From contig CAOKAE010000006.1 in the NCBI GenBank assembly GCA_948466335.1, positions 11,171-75,170 of the forward strand: DNA of 64,000 nucleotides, in the 5' to 3' direction. The position numbers and the translations under genes are program-made. The notes under the pieces were generated by a model, which was not told where the DNA came from, ran no database searches, and worked only from the letters and a program-made list of their open reading frames with translations. The DNA is from an uncultured Coriobacteriia bacterium (lineage in GTDB: Bacteria; Actinomycetota; Coriobacteriia; Coriobacteriales; QAMH01). The first letter of the stretch is position 1. Each line of letters starts with the position of its first letter. Positions 1 through 7,401 of this stretch are shown here, one piece after another.

Positions 1-747
1 CTTCGCGAGTTTGAGGATGGTATCCATAACGGGCTTGACACCGGCACAGTCAATGAAGACATCGATGTCGACTGCAGGGCCGAAAGGTGTCATCGTCGTG
101 CCGAAGACCTCCTCGACGTTCTCCATGAACTTGGGGTCTGCTGAATTGAGTATGATGGCGCCCATGGCTTCCGCGTCCTTGAGTCTGTCGTCACGCACGT
201 CGGCCACGGCGACCTTCTTGACACCCTGGCCAATCAGAGCGTTGAGGCAGCACAGGCCAATGGGACCGGCGCCAAAGATGAGGACCTTATCGCTCTTCTT
301 TGTGTGTACTGCATTCTTGCCGTGGATACCCACGCAGAACGGCTCGATAAGCGCGGCCTCCTTGAAATCGACGCTATCGGGCAGTTTATAGACGTTGTAA
401 TTGACCTTGGCGTTCTCGATGAGCACTTTCTCCGAGAAGCCACCGCACTCGCAGCAGGCAACCTTTCCAGCCAGCTTGCAAGTTTCGGGATTGACCCAAA
501 CGCGATCTCCAACCTTGACGTCTTTCACCTTGGAACCAACTTCGGTGATGACACCGGCAAATTCGTGTCCGAATTCATTGCCGGCATGAATGCCCACGGC
601 AGATCCGTCATAGGTCCATGCCGTAACATCGCTTCCGCAGACGCCTGCATACTTGATCTCGATAACGGCATCATTGGGACCTGCCTTCGGCTCCTCTACA
701 TCCTCGAAGGCAAAATCTCGAGGTCCATTATAAATCGCGCGTTTCAT
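1..747 (-). CDS. Zn-dependent alcohol/polyol dehydrogenase (medium-chain dehydrogenase/reductase family); C-terminus cut by window edge
   Basis: Not in the ORF track because there is no stop inside the window. Own translation of the minus strand from ATG at 747-745 gives MKRAIYNGPRDFAFEDVEEPKAGPNDAVIEIKYAGVCGSDV...GNEFGHEFAGVITEVGSKV...VLIFGAGPIGLCCL. It has the GHE catalytic-Zn motif and a GxGxxG Rossmann motif. RBS AAGGAAAGGA lies 8 nt upstream. The + ORF 304..849 is its antisense shadow. Confidence 0.8.
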   Translation of the reverse strand, partial: MKRAIYNGPRDFAFEDVEEPKAGPNDAVIEIKYAGVCGSDVTAWTYDGSAVGIHAGNEFGHEFAGVITEVGSKVKDVKVGDRVWVNPETCKLAGKVACCECGGFSEKVLIENAKVNYNVYKLPDSVDFKEAALIEPFCVGIHGKNAVHTKKSDKVLIFGAGPIGLCCLNALIGQGVKKVAVADVRDDRLKDAEAMGAIILNSADPKFMENVEEVFGTTMTPFGPAVDIDVFIDCAGVKPVMDTILKLAK

Positions 748-880
748 TGGCTTAATCCTTTCCTTACTGGAATGAGGCATACGACTTGCCAGCCATCCGG
801 TCAGATCCGAACGGATGAAGAAACACTTATTGGGTTTTTGATGTGCTAGCGAGTGATTACATCTAGTTCAGGGCGTTCGC

Positions 881-1156
881 TTACTTGGGCGCATTCGGAG
901 CTTGCGGGGCACCCGGGACCGTCGGGGCACCGGGAGCCGTGGGGGCGGGAGCACCCGTTGCGGCGGCACCAGCGGCATTAGCCTCGGCCATGAACTGGGC
1001 TTGCTGGGCTGCAAAGTCAACCTTCTCGTCGGGGAGCTCTTCGCCACATTCCTTGCACACCTTCGCTACGGGTGTGTTGTTCGTGCCGCATTTGGGGCAC
1101 TTCTTCATCTGAATCTCTGCTGGCCTAAAACACATGTCTCTCTCGTCCTTTCCCAT
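881..1156 (-). CDS. small Cys4 zinc-ribbon protein with Pro/Ala-rich tail
   Basis: CPKCG...x13...CKECG zinc-ribbon pair followed by AAGAAATGAPAPTAPGAPTVPGAPQAPNAPK. GC3-rich codons. The start is uncertain: ATG at 1156, 1135 or 1108, none with a well-placed RBS. Confidence 0.5.
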   Translation of the reverse strand: MGKDERDMCFRPAEIQMKKCPKCGTNNTPVAKVCKECGEELPDEKVDFAAQQAQFMAEANAAGAAATGAPAPTAPGAPTVPGAPQAPNAPK

Positions 1157-1192
1157 GCCAAAAGAATGAACAGGTCTCGTTTTCCTCCAATT

Positions 1193-1228
1193 AAAAGAAT
1201 CGGTCGAGGCTCTAATGGAACCTCGACC
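1193..1228 (-). terminator. intrinsic terminator after the FeS subunit gene
   Basis: Minus-strand RNA reads GGUCGAGG-(11 nt loop)-CCUCGACC followed by GAUUCUUUUAAUU. It starts 15 nt after the stop at 1243. Confidence 0.5.
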
Positions 1229-1242
1229 GACCGAATGCTGGA

Positions 1243-2043
1243 CTAGGTTAGCGGGATGTCACCAAGTCCTATGTCCTTCTCCACCGTGCTAACGGGGATT
1301 TCCTTGACCTTCCCCGCATTGTTGATGGTGAGGGTAAACTCTCCATCGGGTAGGTCGTTGAACCAGAAGTCACCGAAGTGATCAGTCTCTTCCACAAAGC
1401 GGCCAGCGGGACCATCGAGCGTGCAGATGGCACCTATGACGACTTCATTCTTGCTCGGGTCATAAACCGTGCCTGCGACGAACTTCTTCGGCAGGTTCTT
1501 GTACCAGACGTTGGGCTGCGTGCCATATTCAGTATGGAGTTTCACGGCACCTTCGAGGTCGAGGTCTTCCTCCTCGCCAAACTGGAGCGTGCCAACGTGG
1601 CAGTTATTCACGCAGCGCGGCTCGCTGATCGGCCAACCGCGATCCAGGAGGTGAGCACAACCCGTGCACTTCTGCGCGAGATTGAATTCCTCGTTAAAGA
1701 AGATGCAGTCATAGGGGCATGCGGCAACACACTTGCGGCAACCCTGGCACTTCGCCGGATCAATCCAGATGATGCCATCATCGCGGCGCTTGATTGCACC
1801 GTTCGGGCATGCTGCCATGCAGGAGGCGTTGGAGCACTGCTGGCACATCTTCGCCATATACGAAACTTTGACCTGCGGAATCGTGCCGCGTTCCTTTTGC
1901 TCGAGCTTCAGCCAGAACTGACCGGTGTCGGGCTGGGGCTTTGCATAGGGCATCCAGTCGTTACCGCAGTGCTCGTCCTTGCATGCAACCTGGCAGTTAT
2001 GGCAACCGACGCACTTCTTCAAATCAACAACGAATGTTTTCAT
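1243..2043 (-). CDS. 4Fe-4S ferredoxin-type electron-transfer (beta) subunit of a molybdopterin oxidoreductase, with C-terminal beta-rich extension
   Basis: Four Cys groups: CVGCHNCQVAC, CQQCSNASCMAACP, CQGCRKCVAACP and CTGC...CVNNC (DmsB/BthL-like). Residues ~188-266 (FVAGTVYD...VIGAICTL...DHFGDFWFNDLPDGEFTLTINNAGK) resemble a carboxypeptidase-regulatory/Ig-like beta domain. RBS GGGAGGAG lies upstream. Confidence 0.9.
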   Translation of the reverse strand: MKTFVVDLKKCVGCHNCQVACKDEHCGNDWMPYAKPQPDTGQFWLKLEQKERGTIPQVKVSYMAKMCQQCSNASCMAACPNGAIKRRDDGIIWIDPAKCQGCRKCVAACPYDCIFFNEEFNLAQKCTGCAHLLDRGWPISEPRCVNNCHVGTLQFGEEEDLDLEGAVKLHTEYGTQPNVWYKNLPKKFVAGTVYDPSKNEVVIGAICTLDGPAGRFVEETDHFGDFWFNDLPDGEFTLTINNAGKVKEIPVSTVEKDIGLGDIPLT

Positions 2044-2062
2044 AATGAGGGCTCCTCCCTTC

Positions 2063-4714
2063 TTATTCCACTACCCACGACTCGTACGTCAGACCCGTAT
2101 CGGGATCGTACGGGCGCTCGAACGCGTCCGGGTAATCCTTCTTCCACTGCTCCATCTCGGCGTCCTCGACCTTCGAGCACTCGACGAGATAGCCGCTGAC
2201 GACGAAACCATGGCACTTGCTCGAAATCGGCGCATCCGGCGAAATGAGGTTCACCGAGCCACCGCGATCGAGATGCGGGGCAATGGGATCAGAATGTGAA
2301 CCCTTGGAGACCATGATGCTCTGCGGCATGACGCGCTCAGTAACGTAGGCGGCGCAGAGAATCGTGCCGCGCTCGTTCTCGACCTTGACGATGTCACCAT
2401 ACTCGATACCGCGCGCCGCGGCATCTTCCGGATGAATCCAGCATGGCTCATACTGGTAGCCGTCCTTGCCGCGAATCTTGCACGTGTCGACCTCACGGAA
2501 CCAGGTGATGTCATCGCACTGGGCGTGCAGACGCCAGTGGCTCGTGTTCGCGCACATGAGCAGCGGATACTTCTTGGCGCGCTCGCCAGCGAGCGTCTCG
2601 TCATGCGTCCAACCCTCGCTTGTGGGACCACCGGGGACCCACCTAGCGATGCCAGCGCGTTCCTTGTCACCGGGGAAGTGCTCCTCGAGCTCTGCGGCGT
2701 AGAACTGAATCTTGCCGCTTGGCGTGTCAAGGGGATTGGCGATGGGATCCTCGTAGAAGGCACGCATGCCAGGGTACCGCTCGTTATTCCAGTCCGGGGC
2801 GAGCTTCGGGACGTAGAAGCCCTTCTCCTTCAGTTCCTCGAAGCTGATCTCCTCCTGGATTTGCGAGTTGTCGTAGGCGTAGCGGAACCACTCCTCCTCG
2901 TTCATGCCGAGGTTGATGCCCTCTGCCACACCAAAGTCCTCGCCGATGCGGCAGCCTATCTGGAAGTCGCTCATCGACTCGCCGCGTGGCTCGCAGGACT
3001 TCTTCTGGATGCAGGCAACGTCAACGTTGACGTTCTGGCTGGAGCCGACGATGTCATTTTCCTCGAGACAGGTGGTAACGGGGAGGACGAGGTCGCAGAA
3101 CAAGGAGTCATTCTCGAGCCACTGATGGTTGCTGACGAAAAACTCGACAGACGGGTCGCGCATGGCGTCCTGGAACTTGAAGCCGTTGTTCCAGCAGGTC
3201 TGGTTGCAGGGCTTCTCGGACCACAGCATGTGAACTTCGGTGCCGTTGTTTTCCGGCGAAGCGGGATAATGATGCTCGACAAACTGGTCGGCGGCGTTCA
3301 CGTACACGATCTGCGGGCTACCCCACCACGTGATGTCTTTGTCGAGAATGGCCCTGGCAATGCGCGTACGCGGAATGTCCTGCGGCATCGGCACGTATTG
3401 GCGGAACTGATTGATCATGAGGGGAGCCGCCGAGGGACCGCCCGGAACCTGCATGGCCTGCTTCGCGGGAGCAAGGCAGCCAAGGTGCAGCTGCTGCACG
3501 CCCGGCTTGCCAAGGCCCTGCATGGCGAGCTTGTAGGCTTCGGTACGACCAATCTCATGGGAATACGGTCCACGGTTGTGACCTGCGGAGAAGTGGGCGA
3601 TGGACGTTCGCTGACGTGCCCATTCGCGAGCGACGGCACGAATCGTCCACGGCTTGACACCGCAGATTTCGGACGCCCACTCGGGCGTCTTGGGAACACC
3701 GTCCTCCTCGCCGAGAGCGTAGGCGCGAACTTTCTCGAAACCCACCGTATGGGTCTTGACGTATTCGCGGTCGTAGAGGCCTTCGGTCATCCAGACGTAC
3801 ATGATCGCGTAGTCGAACGCCGCATCCGTGTTGGGCAGAATCGGAATCCACTTCATCTCGTCATGGGCGACGGCAGTATAGTTGCAGAAGGGGTCGATGA
3901 CGACGAACTTCTTACCGATGTCCAGCCAATAGCGCATAATCTGGCTCATGTGCTGACCGGCATAGTTCTGCGTGGTCTCGAGGTCGCAGGCCTGGAAGAT
4001 GAGCAGGTCGGTGTACTTCGTGATGTCCTGGACGACGCCCCAGGCCTGATTCATGGGAGGGGGTGCGGCAAAGCCAAGACCAAAGGTTGCGCCCGTGCCC
4101 CAAACGTGCTTGGCGCCCCAGTAGAAACCCTCGACGGAGTCCGGCGTGCGAACCTCTCGGGTGTAACCCTTCAGATGGCCGAGTAGCTGCATGTGGATGC
4201 CGCCACCGGCATGGAGCATCTTGGATTCCTTATGACCATTCTCGCCGATGCACAAGATGGAGTTGGGGCCGTACGTATCGTACATACGGTTAATTTCCGA
4301 CTCGATGATCTTGATGGCCTCGTCCCAGCTGATCCTCTTGAACTTCGACTTGCCGCGATTCTGCGCGTTGATCTTGTCCGGATCACCACCTGGCTCCCAG
4401 TCTACACGCTTCAGGGGGTACAAAACGCGGTTCTTCGAGTAAACGCGCTTCTTGTACGCCATTGCGTGATAGGGCGGGGCAGCCTTCGTCGGGCACTTGA
4501 GCGTCTTGCCGCGAGCGGTGATCTCCCACAGGCTGTCCTTGAGCTCATCCATCGTGTACTTGGTGGTGTACTCAAGCGGCCTGATGCGAACGATCTTGCC
4601 ATCCTTACTGTCGATGGCGGAGATCTCACCACCGAAACCGCCGCATGCGATCCCTCGGTAGTTTGTCTCCTCGGGGGTCTTGCACGGCTCCGTGACTTGC
4701 TTTTGATCACTCAT
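2063..4714 (-). CDS. molybdopterin (bis-MGD, DMSO-reductase superfamily) oxidoreductase catalytic subunit, pyrogallol-hydroxytransferase-like, cytoplasmic
   Basis: 883 aa from ATG 4714 (RBS GAGGAAGGAG); the track ORF runs up to 4780. It sits 19 nt upstream of the FeS subunit gene. The length and layout fit large Mo-oxidoreductase alpha subunits. The N-terminus MSDQKQVTEPCKTPEETNYRGIACGGFGGEISAIDSKDGKIVRIRP has no RR Tat motif and no CxxCxxxC cluster motif. Confidence 0.88.
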   Translation of the reverse strand: MSDQKQVTEPCKTPEETNYRGIACGGFGGEISAIDSKDGKIVRIRPLEYTTKYTMDELKDSLWEITARGKTLKCPTKAAPPYHAMAYKKRVYSKNRVLYPLKRVDWEPGGDPDKINAQNRGKSKFKRISWDEAIKIIESEINRMYDTYGPNSILCIGENGHKESKMLHAGGGIHMQLLGHLKGYTREVRTPDSVEGFYWGAKHVWGTGATFGLGFAAPPPMNQAWGVVQDITKYTDLLIFQACDLETTQNYAGQHMSQIMRYWLDIGKKFVVIDPFCNYTAVAHDEMKWIPILPNTDAAFDYAIMYVWMTEGLYDREYVKTHTVGFEKVRAYALGEEDGVPKTPEWASEICGVKPWTIRAVAREWARQRTSIAHFSAGHNRGPYSHEIGRTEAYKLAMQGLGKPGVQQLHLGCLAPAKQAMQVPGGPSAAPLMINQFRQYVPMPQDIPRTRIARAILDKDITWWGSPQIVYVNAADQFVEHHYPASPENNGTEVHMLWSEKPCNQTCWNNGFKFQDAMRDPSVEFFVSNHQWLENDSLFCDLVLPVTTCLEENDIVGSSQNVNVDVACIQKKSCEPRGESMSDFQIGCRIGEDFGVAEGINLGMNEEEWFRYAYDNSQIQEEISFEELKEKGFYVPKLAPDWNNERYPGMRAFYEDPIANPLDTPSGKIQFYAAELEEHFPGDKERAGIARWVPGGPTSEGWTHDETLAGERAKKYPLLMCANTSHWRLHAQCDDITWFREVDTCKIRGKDGYQYEPCWIHPEDAAARGIEYGDIVKVENERGTILCAAYVTERVMPQSIMVSKGSHSDPIAPHLDRGGSVNLISPDAPISSKCHGFVVSGYLVECSKVEDAEMEQWKKDYPDAFERPYDPDTGLTYESWVVE

Positions 4715-4936
4715 ACAGACTCCTTCCTCACTTCTCTCCACATCCAACACGTACAAAGCCGAAAGACTCTCCACCAGCATCTTTTCCTAAGGTTGTGTTT
4801 AAGGACGCGTTTGGGACAGTCTTCTCGACGCTTCGGTTAGATGATGTCAAAGCGAGGCGATACGGCGATAGCCGCCTAGGGGTACCAAAGAGTAGCCTTT
4901 AGTACATTATTCACTGGCGAGATTGTAAGAAAGGAA

Positions 4937-5875
4937 CTATCGAAAGACCCTGTCATCAAGCAAGCGCATCTCGATGGCATGCGTCGCAATCTGGACACGA
5001 TTATCCACGTCGAGCTTGCGCATGAGACTCGCCACGTACTTCTTGACCGTGCTGTTGCTCAGGAAGAGCTGGTTGGCAATTTCCTGATTTGAAAAACCGT
5101 CGGCGATGAGCTCCATGAGCTCACGCTCGCGTTTTGAAAGAAGCCTGTCTTTTTCAAAAAGCTCCTCGCGCGCTTTCATCGAGATATGCACCGACACCGA
5201 GTTTGGATTAACATGAATCGTCTCTGCCGGAATGGGAAGGGCGGACATGGCGGAAGAGGCAGAATCGGGCACTCCGTCCCATCGGGGTCGCCAATTGATA
5301 TTATTGGCAAGGGGGCCGACTACTTGGCCAAGCATGAGAGCGTAATCCATGTCCTGGCTCGTCACTGGAAGCATGTCCTCGTACATCGCACAGTATATGC
5401 CGACGGATTCTGATCCAGCGATAAGCGGCGTGACAAGCAGCATGCGGCATCCGAGGTCGAATAGTTCGTCTGTCACGCAATCGTCTATGCGCGGATGCAG
5501 GCAATCAACGACTTCCGGTGCACCTCCCATGATGATTTCGGTGCGTCCCATATCTTTTGCTATGCGCGACATGCCCCCAACGGATACCGCATTCATGTCC
5601 ATGAGGGATGCGCACTCGACCATATGGTTGCCATATGTGTCCATGAGATATAGGCAGAATCGATCACTGCGTAAAGCATCGGACATTGCCTTATAGAGAT
5701 TTCTGATAAATGTGGGGGGATTCGAGCAATGCCGTGCCGTCATGGCTACATTCGCGATGCATTGCGCACGCTCGCGCCAGTTCAGGGATGTGAGCAGCTT
5801 CTGCTTGGTCGAGCTTTCGCCATCACCTGAAAGGAAGATACTCTCCGCAATCGTCCAGTCTAGAACTTCCTGCAT
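4937..5875 (-). CDS. LuxR/GerE-family transcriptional regulator with N-terminal GAF-like sensor domain (soluble)
   Basis: C-terminal HTH: SKRERELMELIADGFSNQEIANQLFLSNSTVKKYVASLMRKLDVDNRVQ. The N-terminal ~200 aa has a GAF-like pattern (DRFCLYLMD...MLLVTPLIAGSESVGIYCAMY) and no hydrophobic TM segments. The ATG at 5875 with RBS GGGGGAG is preferred over the TTG at 5893. Confidence 0.8.
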   Translation of the reverse strand: MQEVLDWTIAESIFLSGDGESSTKQKLLTSLNWRERAQCIANVAMTARHCSNPPTFIRNLYKAMSDALRSDRFCLYLMDTYGNHMVECASLMDMNAVSVGGMSRIAKDMGRTEIIMGGAPEVVDCLHPRIDDCVTDELFDLGCRMLLVTPLIAGSESVGIYCAMYEDMLPVTSQDMDYALMLGQVVGPLANNINWRPRWDGVPDSASSAMSALPIPAETIHVNPNSVSVHISMKAREELFEKDRLLSKRERELMELIADGFSNQEIANQLFLSNSTVKKYVASLMRKLDVDNRVQIATHAIEMRLLDDRVFR

Positions 5876-5980
5876 CTTCGCTCCCCCCGCCAACTCGCGG
5901 CAGGGCGATTATAGCAAGACTATTCTCTGTCGCAAATGGTGAATTAACCTTCCCTAAAACTCACCTAAACTGCGTGCAGG

Positions 5981-6092
5981 GAAGCCGTGAAGCGGAGGTC
6001 CAAGGGAGCGCAGCATCAAGTAACCTAACATCGGGCAGGTCGTCGAACCGAGGTCCAAGGGAGCGACCATCGAGGCGAGACGGCCTGCCCGA
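5981..6092. repeat. structured intergenic repeat, copy A
   Basis: A 16-nt direct repeat GAGGTCCAAGGGAGCG occurs at 5995-6010 and 6050-6065. A 14-bp stem pairs TCGGGCAGGTCGTC (6031-6044) with GACGGCCTGCCCGA (6079-6092). The module AAGTAACC..CATCGGGCAGGYCGTCGARCCGAGGTYMAAGGGAGCGA recurs inverted at 58460-58575. Confidence 0.75.
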
Positions 6093-6097
6093 CGCAT

Positions 6098-7390
6098 TTA
6101 TTCGTCTAGCGTCGTGATGATGGCGTTGTCGACGAGGTAGCGACTGGCGGCATAGCGAGCGGCGACCTCGCGCAGCGCGAACCCGCGCCCGCTACTCTCC
6201 ATCTCGCTTCGCACGAGCTCCGGATTCATCGGGTTGAGTTCGGTGCAGGCGCCCATGATGTCGTCGTCGGTCACGACGAGCCCTTCGTGCTCGAAGAGCG
6301 CGTCGAGGGCGTAGTCGCAGGCCAGCGTCTGCTTCGCCTGCATCATGATGCCGATCTTGTAGTTCTGCTCGCCGCCTTGCTCCTCGATGAACTCCGCCAT
6401 CGTGACGCCCTGCTGTGAGAGCTGGTTGCGCAGCGTCGCCTCGATGGAAGTGGCGGTCGCGTCGAAGGCGGCATCGGGGATTTCGCCCTCGAGGCGTTTG
6501 GCGAGCTCGGTCTGCGCGATGGTGATGAGCTGCATGTCATAGTCGTGCAGCGCCTGGGTCTCGAAGGAGAGGCGTATCTCCTCGCGCAGCTTGTCGATGG
6601 AATCATAGCTCGGCATGACGCGTTTGACCCATTCGTCGGTGAGCTCGGGCAGCACCTCTTCCTTCATCTCCTTGATAGTGACCGTGCAATCGTAGGTGCG
6701 CATGACGCGCAGGCCGTTGCTGTCATAGCCCTCGCCCTCGAACTCGAAGGTCTTGGTCTCGCCCACGTCCATGCCCAGCAGCTGCTCGTCGAAGCTCTCG
6801 GGCATGAATCCGCGGCCCATGGAGTAGACACGACTGTCGGTGCTGATGCCGCTCAGCCGCTCGCCGTCAAGGCGCACCTCGATGGCGATGAGGAAGCTGT
6901 CGTCAGGTCCGACCGGATGGGGGTCGGCGGTCACGAAATCGGAGTACATGTTCATGTTCGCGCGTATCTCGGCGTCGACGTCGACCTCGACGGGCTTGAA
7001 GGCGGGAACCGTGATCTCGACGGGATCGTACGAGCTCAAGGTGAACCGGGGCTTGGGCTCGACATCGATCTGGAAGGTAAACGCGTGGTCGCGGTGGAAA
7101 TTGGGGGAGGGTTGAATCTTGGGCTGCGCAAGCGGTGTGATGCCGCGCTGGTCGAGCGCATAGGGCACGAGCATGTTGATGGCCTGCGACTGCAGGACGG
7201 AATCGGCATCGTTGATCTTGAGATGTTCAGCCAGCGCCTCGGACACGGTCTTCTCCGGGTCGGGACGAAGACCGAACCTGCTCGCGATCGCTCCCTGTGC
7301 GCGGTCGAGCGCCGCGTTGACCTCTTGGGCGCTTGCCGTGATGCTCAGGCGAATCATGCCGTTGTCGAGTTGCTTTTCCTTGACCTTCAT
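6098..7390 (-). CDS. tig: trigger factor
   Basis: 430 aa. The pattern along the length matches trigger factor: an N-terminal ribosome-binding region, F.F..DVEPKP...YDPVEITVP...VDVDAEI, a PPIase-like core (GRGFMPESFDEQLLGMDVGETKTFEF), then IKEMKEEVLPELTDEWVK and a C-terminal arm domain. Confidence 0.85.
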   Translation of the reverse strand: MKVKEKQLDNGMIRLSITASAQEVNAALDRAQGAIASRFGLRPDPEKTVSEALAEHLKINDADSVLQSQAINMLVPYALDQRGITPLAQPKIQPSPNFHRDHAFTFQIDVEPKPRFTLSSYDPVEITVPAFKPVEVDVDAEIRANMNMYSDFVTADPHPVGPDDSFLIAIEVRLDGERLSGISTDSRVYSMGRGFMPESFDEQLLGMDVGETKTFEFEGEGYDSNGLRVMRTYDCTVTIKEMKEEVLPELTDEWVKRVMPSYDSIDKLREEIRLSFETQALHDYDMQLITIAQTELAKRLEGEIPDAAFDATATSIEATLRNQLSQQGVTMAEFIEEQGGEQNYKIGIMMQAKQTLACDYALDALFEHEGLVVTDDDIMGACTELNPMNPELVRSEMESSGRGFALREVAARYAASRYLVDNAIITTLDE

Positions 7391-7401
7391 GTCATGCCTT
7401 T

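Noticed and set aside
2063-4780. Possible selenocysteine (in-frame TGA) or Tat signal in the molybdoenzyme.
   Set aside because: The ORF is uninterrupted, so no recoding is needed. Neither start option yields an RR motif.
4846-4880. Possible third, degenerate copy of the intergenic repeat (GTCAAAGCGAGGCGATACGGCGATAGCCGCC).
   Set aside because: It shares only ~13 nt (GTCAA.GCGAGGCG) with copies A and B. That is too short to separate from chance without a genome-wide search. It is mentioned only as possible regulator-binding tandem GGCGATA repeats.
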